Shown: piece by piece, positions 26,878 through 36,821 of the stretch
How positions within the stretch are numbered: the first letter of the stretch is position 1
Layout: each line of letters opens with the position of its first letter
Source of the DNA: an uncultured Candidatus Saccharibacteria bacterium
Lineage (GTDB): Bacteria > Patescibacteriota > Saccharimonadia > Saccharimonadales > Saccharimonadaceae
NCBI GenBank assembly: GCA_963553945.1
Contig: CAUVOX010000002.1
Coordinates: 3,854-67,853, forward strand
Direction of reading: 5' to 3'
Length of the DNA: 64,000 nucleotides
Notes under the pieces: model-generated
Told to the model about the DNA's origin: nothing
Database searches by the model: none
What the model saw: the letters and a program-made list of their open reading frames with translations, nothing else
Position numbers and translations under genes: made by a program

Positions 26878-29646
26878 TCAGTTTTCCAGCTTAGTGATGA
26901 CAGATTCCAGGCTGCTTACCGGAGCCAGATACGGAGCACCAATCTCGTCGAAGTGCCGACGAGCAGATGTAATCTTACCTTGCTCACTGTCGCTTAGATG
27001 ATTATCTCGCAGATCATCCGAGCCCTTAGTCTCAGCTACGAAGTAGACCACCTTATCGCCGCCGAAGGCAACCGCCCAGTCCGGATTGTATTGACCGACC
27101 GGCGTGTCAATCTTAAACCAGCTCGGCAGCTTGACGTAGAACTTCACGTCAGCATTTTCCTCGAGCGACTTCATAAAGTTGTACTCAATCTCTGAGTCAA
27201 CCGCCACATAGTCATAGATTGTTTTGTCCACATCAGCCACAGCCACCGCTCCACTCTTCATGATAGTGTCATACAGGTATGTCTCCAGCTCGTAGTTCTC
27301 AAATAGCATCATATCATAGGATTGCCCCGTCTTATGGTATTTGACGCCGTCTACCGCCAGCCGTCGCTTAGCTCGGTTGATCGTTCGGCTAGTCTCGTCG
27401 ATAACTTGCTGCGGATTGACCATCAATTGGTCGAATATCTGCGCCCGATCAAGTATGTCGAAGATCACCCGGCGGGTCATCTGTGTCCGGCGCTGAATTG
27501 CCGATAGCAGATTCGGCACTCTCGGCTTCACCTGGCGCACTGCATAAGTACTAAACCCAACCTCACGAACCATAAAGCCATCGTTGCCATCCATGGCGTC
27601 GATACGAGTCTTGGTCTCGGCAATATGCGGTCGGCTAATGGTGACTTGCGCCAGTTCATTTACTGCCTCTGCGACCAGCTTGTTCAGATCAATCGCCACT
27701 CGATAAGTTGTTCTGTGCTTAATCTTATCCCACAGCTCCTTGAAAGTAGGATCAAGCGCCCGTGATTTCTGAAACCTGACGACTCGTCGATTGTCACGAT
27801 TCTTGATTCGTCCGCCTAAATGAATGCCGGTCTCTTCCTCAATCTCCGTCTGAAGCTTGCGGCTAAACTCTGCGTAACTTTCGTTAGCCACTACCGTTAG
27901 TACGTTGATGCTATCATCATGCACTCGCTGTCCATCAATATTGACCGGCAGGCGCAACCCTCGCCCGATCTCTTGGCGCTTTTTCATTTGACTCGACGTT
28001 TCATTAAGCGTGCAGATCTGAAATACATTAGGATTATCCCAGCCCTCACGCAGTGCCGAGTGGCTAAAGATAAACCGTAACGGCTCGCCGGTATCCAGTA
28101 GCCTCTCCTTGTCCTTCATGATCAAGTTATACGCTGTATCGTCATCCTTAGTACGGCCGCCCTCACCCTTAGTGTCACGAGAGTCTTTCCACTGACCACT
28201 CTTGTCCGCCGCGAAGTAGCCATCGTGCACCTCACTCGCCGACAAGCCGTCCATCACGCCGGCATATTTTGGTTTAGATGCCACCTTAGCGTAGGCTTCT
28301 TCAAACCACTTGGCGAATTTACCTTTCTGGGTGTCATTCGCCGTATACTCACGATAATTTGCCACTTTATCGATGAAGAATAGGCTGAGCACCTTTACGC
28401 CGCTGCCTAGCCGACGCTGTTTATCAAAATGGTCATCAATCGTCAACTCAATCTGCCGCTTGATGATGTCATCATGCAGACTTTCATCACGTTGACCAAC
28501 GTAGACTACTTTACCATTACTAAACTCGACGCAATCATCGCCGTGATTGATCGACTCGACATAGTAGCCGGCATAGACCGAACGCCCTGTCTTCGCCTCC
28601 AGGTCGTCGCCCGGAAAGGCCTTGATGATCTTGCGCTGCAAGCCATACTCATCACTCGCATCCACCTCTATCTTGGCGAATGAGCGAGTCTTCGACTGAC
28701 GCTCCAGTGACAATACATTGATATACGCATCATTATAATTATCCTCACTCTGGACACTATGCACCTCGATCTTTTTAACTAAGCCCTTGTCATAGGCATC
28801 GACCGGAGTCAGCCGATAAAGCAAATTATATAAGTGCTTGTGCGTGGCACTATAGCGCAACGTGCACAGCGGGTTAAGACTAGCAATAGCATTCCGCCGT
28901 ATGTCTGTCTCCATATTCTGCGGCTCGTCGAGAATAACTACCGGGTGAGTAGCCTTGATAAAATCGAGCGGCCGACCATAGTCACTCTGCCGATTCATCA
29001 CATTCTGCGCCTTGGCGAAGCTATCAATGGTAATCACCATGATCTGCAAGGTATCGTTCGTGGCAAACTCACGAGCCTGACCGGTCTTCTTACTGTCCCA
29101 GACGTAGTAATCCATCTCCGGCTTGCCATAGAGATCGGCGAAGTGCTCCCTGGTAATCGCTAAGTTCTTCAGTACGCCTTCACGAATCGCCACACTCGGC
29201 ACCACGACGATAAACTTCTTCCAACCATAATGCTGGTGTAGCTCATGAATCGTTCGCAGATATACATACGTCTTGCCCGTCCCCGTTTCCATTTCAATAG
29301 AGAAATTCATACCGTATTTAAGCGTTTTATAATTTGAATTAAACAACCCGAACTTATTATCATATCCATAGCCGATAAGATTACTCGGCAATGATTTAGT
29401 TTCGGACTTTGCCAGGCCATTGCGCTCTTGTACTTCATGCACCGCTTTTAATATATGGCCATTATCAAGAAATAGCTGATTTCCTTTTGCATATAACTGC
29501 TCAATGGTTTGCCACCTTAACTCATTCGCTAATGCAAAATCAGCAGTTCCGCAATATGCTGAGTTCTGTTGCTCTACAAAAACATCCACCACCGCATCGA
29601 TGGCATCGAGTTGGTATTGCTGGTTGGGGTCGAATTTAAGCTTCAT
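26878..29646 (-). CDS. res: Type III R-M restriction subunit
   Basis: METGTGKT, DEPQ, SATH, REGWDNPN, QEIGRGLR; C-terminal PD...ETK nuclease. Confidence 0.93.
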   Translation of the reverse strand: MKLKFDPNQQYQLDAIDAVVDVFVEQQNSAYCGTADFALANELRWQTIEQLYAKGNQLFLDNGHILKAVHEVQERNGLAKSETKSLPSNLIGYGYDNKFGLFNSNYKTLKYGMNFSIEMETGTGKTYVYLRTIHELHQHYGWKKFIVVVPSVAIREGVLKNLAITREHFADLYGKPEMDYYVWDSKKTGQAREFATNDTLQIMVITIDSFAKAQNVMNRQSDYGRPLDFIKATHPVVILDEPQNMETDIRRNAIASLNPLCTLRYSATHKHLYNLLYRLTPVDAYDKGLVKKIEVHSVQSEDNYNDAYINVLSLERQSKTRSFAKIEVDASDEYGLQRKIIKAFPGDDLEAKTGRSVYAGYYVESINHGDDCVEFSNGKVVYVGQRDESLHDDIIKRQIELTIDDHFDKQRRLGSGVKVLSLFFIDKVANYREYTANDTQKGKFAKWFEEAYAKVASKPKYAGVMDGLSASEVHDGYFAADKSGQWKDSRDTKGEGGRTKDDDTAYNLIMKDKERLLDTGEPLRFIFSHSALREGWDNPNVFQICTLNETSSQMKKRQEIGRGLRLPVNIDGQRVHDDSINVLTVVANESYAEFSRKLQTEIEEETGIHLGGRIKNRDNRRVVRFQKSRALDPTFKELWDKIKHRTTYRVAIDLNKLVAEAVNELAQVTISRPHIAETKTRIDAMDGNDGFMVREVGFSTYAVRQVKPRVPNLLSAIQRRTQMTRRVIFDILDRAQIFDQLMVNPQQVIDETSRTINRAKRRLAVDGVKYHKTGQSYDMMLFENYELETYLYDTIMKSGAVAVADVDKTIYDYVAVDSEIEYNFMKSLEENADVKFYVKLPSWFKIDTPVGQYNPDWAVAFGGDKVVYFVAETKGSDDLRDNHLSDSEQGKITSARRHFDEIGAPYLAPVSSLESVITKLEN

Positions 29647-30622
29647 TAGAATTATCAGTCCTTACCTCTTTTACTGCCTTATCAAAATCACTCTCCAGTC
29701 GGCGCATTTCCTCATCGCGGTATTTCTTAAACTCTCGCTTCGCCTTGACCATTGCCTGTTCATGCTTAATTTTGCCAGCCCCGACCAGCACCGATGAATC
29801 ACTAATCTTCAGAAATTCATCTAGCTTGTCTATCCACTGCTGCATTGTCATCGCCCTCTGTCTGGTTGCTTGCAGCTCGGCAAAATCAAGATACTGCGAA
29901 ACGATCAAGTTAAGTACATTCAGCTCTTCTTCACTCAGATAATTCTTGGCAACTTCAACATCGTCCGAAGTAATATAATCGCCTTTGAAATTCGTAAGCC
30001 CCATATTAGGTTTCTTAGCATCTGCCCGCTCATAAACCAGCTCAGCTGCGGTCCTGCCGTGCGCTGCAACATGCATCTTATTTTGCACTGTCGCAAAGAA
30101 TTGCCTGGTCAACTTAGCATCCTTTTTATAATCAATGCTCGTCGCATAGATATCCGTCACCTGCTGATATAGATTACGTTCACTGCTGCGAATATCACGG
30201 ATACGCTGAAGGAGTTCTCTAAAATAGCGTCCGCCACCTTGTTTCAGCCTTTCATCATCCATCGTAAAGCCTTTGACAATGTACTCACGCAGCCGCTTGG
30301 TCGCCCACTGACGGAACTGTGTGCCACGCAATGACTTAACCCGATAGCCAACAGAAATGATAACGTCAAGGTTGTAATAATTTGTCGGCTTTGTAGAAAA
30401 TCCGGAATTTCCAGATTTTCTCATGGTCGCTAGCTCGGTCAACTCGCCTTCAAGATAAATATTTCGAATATGCTCACTTATAGTTTTCTTCGATTTATCA
30501 AAAAGCTCCGCCATCTGGTCTTGCGTCAACCAGACCGTTTCGTCTTCAATCTGGACGTTAATGGAGACTTTATTGTCAGCAGTTTTATACAGCAGAAAAT
30601 TGGCTGAGGCATTCTCCGTCAT
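29636..30622 (-). CDS. RhuM-family protein
   Basis: WLTQDQMAELF, YNLDVIISVGYRVKS, FRQWAT, IRDIRSSE, VQNKMH. Confidence 0.9.
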   Translation of the reverse strand: MTENASANFLLYKTADNKVSINVQIEDETVWLTQDQMAELFDKSKKTISEHIRNIYLEGELTELATMRKSGNSGFSTKPTNYYNLDVIISVGYRVKSLRGTQFRQWATKRLREYIVKGFTMDDERLKQGGGRYFRELLQRIRDIRSSERNLYQQVTDIYATSIDYKKDAKLTRQFFATVQNKMHVAAHGRTAAELVYERADAKKPNMGLTNFKGDYITSDDVEVAKNYLSEEELNVLNLIVSQYLDFAELQATRQRAMTMQQWIDKLDEFLKISDSSVLVGAGKIKHEQAMVKAKREFKKYRDEEMRRLESDFDKAVKEVRTDNSNEA

Positions 30623-30777
30623 ACTGTCGTCCCCGCTACTACATTTAAGCGCCCCGACTCAACAACCTTACTCTCGCCAAAATCCGCTTTATTCGACTGT
30701 TGTTTAACAAACACGCACCTTACTGTATCAATAGCACAAAGTTGATATTGTTGGTCAAAGACAAATTTAAGTTTCAT
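30619..30777 (-). pseudogene. 52-aa degenerate duplicate of the res 5' end (not in ORF track)
   Basis: Translates MKLKFVFDQQYQLCAIDTVRCVFVKQQ...; Res begins MKLKFDPNQQYQLDAIDAVVDVFVEQQ. Confidence 0.8.
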
Positions 30778-30780
30778 GGT

Positions 30781-32478
30781 TCAAAAATTTAATATTCCAT
30801 CAATATTAGAAAAAGTGTTTTTGGTCTCGGAGCTTATCTTGGATAGTATACCGTCTTTTCTGGAGTCATAGTATAAGGAGTATATGGTTCTATCAAAAGA
30901 CGTACTCCTTGGCAATTGAAGCTCTTCTCGTATCATAACAAGATCATTTCCAGCAAACATGTCTTGTAGTATAGTCTTCTGATTACCTTTTTTAGGTAGC
31001 AAGTGAAACCTGTCGCAAAAGATGTCTCCAAAATCATGGAGAGCCCTATCTCTACAGTCAATACCTTCTTCGTCATTATCCCATATTACATTAAAACTGA
31101 TACCCCAGCCTATCATGAGAGCAATATAATATACTACCGAGCTTGCATTTCTGCATGGAATAAACTTGTAGCCCGGAAGAAACATATCAAAACAATAATA
31201 GTCATATATTCCCTCAACTAGCACAACCTTATCTCCGTCACCATACGTCAAGCCAAATGGTTTTATCTCAAGAGCATCGTATATAGGCTGAAAGGTACTT
31301 TTATCCTGCCCAGCATAGTTGTATATACTAGACAGTACTATCTCTTTACTATCATTCTTACTAGTTATCTTAATTGATTTCAATGGTATGATCTCTGGAT
31401 CCAGCAGATAATGCGAATGCGTACAGTAGATTACTGTATTCTTCTCTGATAGCTTTCGCAATTTTTTACAAAGTCTAACTTGAGCCGTGGCGTGTAGATA
31501 CGAGCCCGGCTCATCTAGTAGATATATTGCATTGGATCCATCATTGGAGACTATTTTTGGATTAAATTCTAATTTCATAACGAAATTAAAGAACCAATAG
31601 AAGCCTTTACTGCGATCACGAACATAGAAATAATGTTCTTCACCCTTATCGTCGGTTTCAACAATCTCAAATTTAACATATGCAGGCTTAACCGTTCCGT
31701 CTTCATTATTGCTTGCTGGCATAAAATCCATTGCCACAGTCAAGTTATCCGAATCATCAAGCTTAAATGTCTGCCACTCTTTTGCTAAAGTTGCCTGTAA
31801 TACCTTGTTCACCTTTGCGAGTATTGTCTTTCTTGCGCGTTCATCCTTTTCTTCTATCTCAAAAATAGAAAACTTCGAATCAGATTCTTTGAACAATCTT
31901 TCAACTATAGCTAGCCATCCAGATGGATTGTCTCGCATAGCAGTATCTATCTCTATCCTATCAGGAACATGATCTCTAAAATCGTCAAAATATAATATAT
32001 ATGGCAACTTTCTTATTATATGTTTAGCCAAAATATCATTAAATGCGGGACTATCAAATATTCTCAAGTTAATACTATATGATTTATCGTCTGGATTAAG
32101 TCGTCTAGTAATAGAAATATTTTCTATAGATTTATTACCTAATTTTCCTATATATGATCGCGTCTTATCTTCAGCAGCCTCTCTACCCGTTTCTCTAATA
32201 ACATCCTTTAACTCATCTTTTGATATTGATATGGTCGCAGTAATACTTGCCGCATCCTCACTACCGGCATCGTATAGATTATTTGTATCTTGTAGGTGAT
32301 GATATAAGTTATCGAAAGCGTCATTATGATAGTCAAAGGCAAGGATCGCTTTCAAAATAGTCGTCTTCCCGCACTCATTAACTCCAATTATGGGTACCAG
32401 ATTCTCTTTATCTATAGCTATATCTATGGGCGTTGATATCGCCTTATATGCATTAATCTTAAATCGAGTATATTTCAT
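30781..32478 (-). CDS. ABC-type ATPase fused to TOPRIM domain (OLD/PARIS-like nuclease)
   Basis: GVNECGKTT Walker A, RSKG signature, LLDEPGSYLH, THS; VLVEGIYD and WDNDEEG TOPRIM; ATG overlaps the mod stop (TGATG); AT-rich. Confidence 0.8.
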   Translation of the reverse strand: MKYTRFKINAYKAISTPIDIAIDKENLVPIIGVNECGKTTILKAILAFDYHNDAFDNLYHHLQDTNNLYDAGSEDAASITATISISKDELKDVIRETGREAAEDKTRSYIGKLGNKSIENISITRRLNPDDKSYSINLRIFDSPAFNDILAKHIIRKLPYILYFDDFRDHVPDRIEIDTAMRDNPSGWLAIVERLFKESDSKFSIFEIEEKDERARKTILAKVNKVLQATLAKEWQTFKLDDSDNLTVAMDFMPASNNEDGTVKPAYVKFEIVETDDKGEEHYFYVRDRSKGFYWFFNFVMKLEFNPKIVSNDGSNAIYLLDEPGSYLHATAQVRLCKKLRKLSEKNTVIYCTHSHYLLDPEIIPLKSIKITSKNDSKEIVLSSIYNYAGQDKSTFQPIYDALEIKPFGLTYGDGDKVVLVEGIYDYYCFDMFLPGYKFIPCRNASSVVYYIALMIGWGISFNVIWDNDEEGIDCRDRALHDFGDIFCDRFHLLPKKGNQKTILQDMFAGNDLVMIREELQLPRSTSFDRTIYSLYYDSRKDGILSKISSETKNTFSNIDGILNF

Positions 32479-34298
32479 CACACTACCTCCACCTCTACAC
32501 CTTGCCGTTCGGCTTGCAGGAGTAGGTTTACTTTTATATTTATGTCGTCGCCGAAGGCTCGGTCGAGGATAATGATGGATGATGGTTTGATGACAAGGAT
32601 GGCTGTAAATAGATTCTCTGTCATGGAGTGCGCCAAACAAATAGCCAGCCTCTCGGAAGGGATAAAGCAGAAGTTATCATACTGGTCGATCTGCGCCAAT
32701 GGCGATATGCCACGCTTGAGCAGGAGCTCGGTTAGCAGGTCGTCGTCAGTCGTACCCTCCTCCAGCGAGTCGAGGTTAGCGAGTGCCTGCTGGCGAATCT
32801 CCTCTGGATCAGAGACCAGCTCGTTCCACTGCTTGAAATTGCTATCGTCCACCCGATACGCCCGGAAGCCAAGGTCAAGCGGGACGTCACGAGAGGCGAG
32901 CTTGTCCGCTTGGTCAGCACGGATTTTAGCGCCCGCTCGGCGGATGCGCTCACGAGCAATGTCTGCGATGGTGCGATAGCCGGCTTTATACGCCTCTGAC
33001 TTCTCGTCGGTCAGCTCGGGCAGCTGGACACAAATCCAGCGGCGATTGCCGCCGTCTTCGGCGTTAAGTTCGGCGACGGCATGAGCGGTGGTGCCGGATC
33101 CGGAGAAGAAGTCGAGGATGATATCGTTGCTTATTGGAACTGTTCGTATAATTTCCTTAATCAAGTTGGTTGGCTTTACAGTCTCAAACGCCTCAAAGCC
33201 AAAAAGTTCCGCTATTTCTTTCTTACCAGACTTATTAGTTGAAACATCATACCATATATTTGAATAAAATGTCCCAGAATCTTCGTCAAGATACTTTTTT
33301 CGTTGAGGCACACCATCATTATTTACACCGAAATATATTTCATCGCAATCCAGTAATTTGCTGTAAGTATTTTTTGGCATACGCCATATGCGATTTATAA
33401 CCTTCCCTTTTGGTGTTGTTATTGAATATTCGTATCCACCACCTCTGTGTCCCATGTCGACAGTTAAAGGAACTGGACGCCAAATACCCTTTTCATCTGA
33501 ATATTTATACGTATTATGTATATATTCTTTACTAAGAGGCTTTTTCGACAGCTCCACCCCAGGAGAGCGAGAATATATCAATATATATTCAACTTGAGTA
33601 GCAATCCCCTTTGTATCGTTAGAAACTTCTTTTTTGCGACGCCAACTTATAGTGGCTACAAAATTCTCCTCCCCAAATATCTCGTTCATCATCAGGCGGA
33701 GGTTGTGGACTTCATTGTCGTCGATGCTGACAAAGATGACGCCGTCTTGGCGGAGCAAGTTGCGCGCCAGGAAGAGGCGTGGATACATCATGTTCAGCCA
33801 GTTGCTGTGCTTGTGCCCGCCGGTATTGGTACGCAGTCCATCGTCACGCACGACGTTGCCCTCATCATCAGTAATACCTGCCTCTGTCTCATAACTACGG
33901 CGTGTCTGCTTGAAGTCATCATTGTAGATGAAATCATTACCCGTGTTATAGGGCGGGTCGATATAGATCATCTTGACCTTGCCGTAATACGCCTTATGCA
34001 AGATCTTTAGCGCCGCCAGGTTGTCGCCCTCGATAAACATATTGCCCGTCGTATCCCAATCGACGGAATTCGCCCGGTCGGGGTGAAGTGTCTGAACGGT
34101 CTTCTCCTGGATAGTAGTAAAGACGTCGCTCTTACCCTTCCAACCAAGCCCGTAACGCTCACCCAAATCAACCGCCTCACCTAGAGTCGCCTGGAGCTTC
34201 TGCCAATCGATCTTGCCTTCGGTGACCACTTCGGGAAAGAGCTGCGCCAGCTTATCAATCTGCCGCTGATGTATATCGTCGTTATAGCCGCTCATCAT
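32478..34298 (-). CDS. mod: Type III R-M DNA methyltransferase
   Basis: IYIDPPYNTG, DFFSGSGTT; central AT-rich target recognition domain. Confidence 0.92.
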   Translation of the reverse strand: MMSGYNDDIHQRQIDKLAQLFPEVVTEGKIDWQKLQATLGEAVDLGERYGLGWKGKSDVFTTIQEKTVQTLHPDRANSVDWDTTGNMFIEGDNLAALKILHKAYYGKVKMIYIDPPYNTGNDFIYNDDFKQTRRSYETEAGITDDEGNVVRDDGLRTNTGGHKHSNWLNMMYPRLFLARNLLRQDGVIFVSIDDNEVHNLRLMMNEIFGEENFVATISWRRKKEVSNDTKGIATQVEYILIYSRSPGVELSKKPLSKEYIHNTYKYSDEKGIWRPVPLTVDMGHRGGGYEYSITTPKGKVINRIWRMPKNTYSKLLDCDEIYFGVNNDGVPQRKKYLDEDSGTFYSNIWYDVSTNKSGKKEIAELFGFEAFETVKPTNLIKEIIRTVPISNDIILDFFSGSGTTAHAVAELNAEDGGNRRWICVQLPELTDEKSEAYKAGYRTIADIARERIRRAGAKIRADQADKLASRDVPLDLGFRAYRVDDSNFKQWNELVSDPEEIRQQALANLDSLEEGTTDDDLLTELLLKRGISPLAQIDQYDNFCFIPSERLAICLAHSMTENLFTAILVIKPSSIIILDRAFGDDINIKVNLLLQAERQGVEVEVV

Positions 34299-34363
34299 CG
34301 TTTTCTTTAGTCTTATTCATACCCTAGATTATAACAGCTTAGTGAGATTATAAGGTCGGCGAA

Positions 34364-35245
34364 TTAGTCCATCTTATAATCACTGCCGATCATCCAGGTA
34401 CCACCCCTGCGGAAGGCCGGTATGGTCTGACGAGCAGCTTTATTGGCGGCGACATTGCCGGCGATACCATTCTGCCTCGCCCATTCAGCTAGCTTGACGA
34501 TCTTCGGCGACGACAATAGCGTTATGCGCTTATGCAGAGACTCCATCAGGAGCAGGGCAAACAGCTCAACAAACCCGTCACATTGATTAGTCCTTATATA
34601 TTCATCAAACAGTGGGTAGTAATCAGTGTGCTTACTCTTATTCTGAATGATGATTGGCGGGTAACCCGCCAATGCCAGCTGGTGGTTGATAAGGACACGT
34701 CCCATTCGCCCATTACCATCAGAGAAAGGATGAATCGTCTCAAACTCTGCGTGAAAATGAGCAATTTTATCCAAGAAGTATGAATCGTCGTCATGATACG
34801 AAGTGACCAGTTCAGAAATAAGACCGGGCACAAACGCCGGATTAGCCCCTAGGTGCGTACCGACACGCACCCATTCATCACCACACCTAAATCGCCCGGC
34901 AATATCGTCACAGATACCGCTCATCAAGAGCGAATGTAAAGACAGTATAAGACCCACTGACATACGCTCATTTGGATTCTTCATCAGCTCGGTTGTCACT
35001 CGGGCGAGGTTCTTCGCCTCGCATATTTCCCTGATCTCATGATCCTTGATAATCTTGTCATGGATGATAATCGCCTCCGTATCCTGCAAGGTTAAGGTCG
35101 AATTCTCGATAGCGTTTGAGTTATAGACCATGTCCGGCAGCTCACTCATAGCTATCTCATATAGGGCCTGCTCCTTGCCTTTCGCCAACCGGGTATATTG
35201 TCGATGGAGTAGCTCAACCTTATCTTTTGTCACTTGATTTATCAT
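34364..35245 (-). CDS. Fic-family AMPylase (class II) with C-terminal HTH-like domain
   Basis: HPFSDGNGRMGR; inhibitory SNAIEN motif; C-terminal LAEWARQNG...AFRRGGTWMI. Confidence 0.9.
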   Translation of the reverse strand: MINQVTKDKVELLHRQYTRLAKGKEQALYEIAMSELPDMVYNSNAIENSTLTLQDTEAIIIHDKIIKDHEIREICEAKNLARVTTELMKNPNERMSVGLILSLHSLLMSGICDDIAGRFRCGDEWVRVGTHLGANPAFVPGLISELVTSYHDDDSYFLDKIAHFHAEFETIHPFSDGNGRMGRVLINHQLALAGYPPIIIQNKSKHTDYYPLFDEYIRTNQCDGFVELFALLLMESLHKRITLLSSPKIVKLAEWARQNGIAGNVAANKAARQTIPAFRRGGTWMIGSDYKMD

Positions 35246-35405
35246 AGATTCATTATAACACACTCTGCGTGAAAATGAGTATATATGTGCATCTTTTCAC
35301 GATAAGTCGACCATAGAGATCTATCTGGTGTGCTAATTATCGGCCTCATGTCGTCTCGTCAGTCGTTAGCTCATGGTCTAGGTTTTCCCCATCTCGCCGA
35401 GAAGG

Positions 35406-35654
35406 CTAACGAAGTGAATCAGGGTTCTTCTTATCTGTGATTTCAAACATCTTGTTTCTTGACGTCGTACCACGCACCAGCTTGACCCGAGATGGCGTCA
35501 CGCCATAATACTTCGCCACCAGCTTGACCGCCGCCAGATTGGCTCGCCCTTCAATGGCCGGCGCCTTGGTATAGACGACCAGCGAGCCATCATCATTCGC
35601 CACCACCCCTTCACGGTGACGAGAATTAGGCTTGATCTTAGCGGAGATTTTCAT
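35406..35654 (-). CDS. DUF167 (YggU) family protein
   Basis: IKPNS...APAIEGRAN...V.LVRGTTSRNK. Confidence 0.88.
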   Translation of the reverse strand: MKISAKIKPNSRHREGVVANDDGSLVVYTKAPAIEGRANLAAVKLVAKYYGVTPSRVKLVRGTTSRNKMFEITDKKNPDSLR

Positions 35655-35667
35655 AATTTAATCGAAT

Positions 35668-36684
35668 TTATTCAGCAGGCTCGTCTCCATCTGATTCATT
35701 CAATATACTTAGATGAATATTGATCTGTGGCAAGACTGCGGCTTGAATAGCTTGCTGGAGAGCTTGAATATTTTGAAACTGAAGTTTTTCAAAAGGTTGA
35801 TAGATCGTCGTTGCTATCCGCTGGGCGCTAGGTTTTAATAAATTACTTAGAGCCTCAAGCCCTTTTATAGACTCCTGAAGGCCTTTTATTTCTTCTTTTG
35901 ACGGATGGCGCTTGATTGCAATCTTTTTATTTATAGTATTTGCTGACTTTCTTACATTCTGCAAATCAGATTCTGTAACTATTCTGAAATGAGCCGCTTT
36001 ATTACGAATCTTCTCAAGCTTTCCTAAATCGCCCTTTATCTCCTCCCATTTTATACCTTTTTTCAATATGTGCTTATCAATTTGATCCCAAATAGTACAA
36101 GGTTTGACTCTTTCGCTAAGTTCATGTTTTACATCATTTATGTCAGAGTAGTCTTTTAAAATAGACATCATATCTTCTGCTGTTAGGTTTTTATTACTCA
36201 ATGATGTATCTGCAGATAGGACTTGGATAATATCCCCCAACGTAAGGTAAGATGTTAATGGATTCAGATCTTTTGTTTTTATTAAGCTTTTATCTTTAGC
36301 GAAATCTTTTGCATAAGTATTTTTAAAGTAACGGAAATAATCATCAATTACCTCATTTATATTTAGAAGAATTATCCTTAGATTGTGCTCTACCGGAGCT
36401 ACAATATCCATAATCTTATTTCTTATATCCGCCCCTTTTGGATCATAAACCAAGGCTATCCGACCAGACTCAGCAACCTTGCTGTAAAATTCTTTGCTTA
36501 TGGCCGAATCATTCATGCTTACATGTATGAGAAATATATTATTTGTCTGGAATTTCGTTACTTTCTGCTCCCCATTTTCTATATCAAGATCAAGGTCGGC
36601 CTTAAAAATCTTAACAACCTCCGACCAAGTATTTGCCTCGACTAGAAATTCTAGTCGATATTTCTTCCCTGAATTCATTACCAT
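35668..36684 (-). CDS. Hypothetical protein with HEPN-like RxxxxH motif
   Basis: VEHNLR...LTLGDII...IRNKAAH; AT-rich. Confidence 0.6.
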   Translation of the reverse strand: MVMNSGKKYRLEFLVEANTWSEVVKIFKADLDLDIENGEQKVTKFQTNNIFLIHVSMNDSAISKEFYSKVAESGRIALVYDPKGADIRNKIMDIVAPVEHNLRIILLNINEVIDDYFRYFKNTYAKDFAKDKSLIKTKDLNPLTSYLTLGDIIQVLSADTSLSNKNLTAEDMMSILKDYSDINDVKHELSERVKPCTIWDQIDKHILKKGIKWEEIKGDLGKLEKIRNKAAHFRIVTESDLQNVRKSANTINKKIAIKRHPSKEEIKGLQESIKGLEALSNLLKPSAQRIATTIYQPFEKLQFQNIQALQQAIQAAVLPQINIHLSILNESDGDEPAE

Positions 36685-36821
36685 GCTAATTCTAAACCAT
36701 TAAAGTTCATTCAAACATAATCTGCAATAGCTCATTACATTCCGGACTACGGAGACCCACTGATTGCGTCACACGCCATATATCACAACCTACCAAGTTG
36801 GCGCATCCCCACATCTAACGC

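Noticed and set aside
32479..32640. N-terminal extension of the ATPase ORF in the ORF track
   Set aside because: It overlaps the mod 3' end; the ATG at 32478 gives a typical family N-terminus
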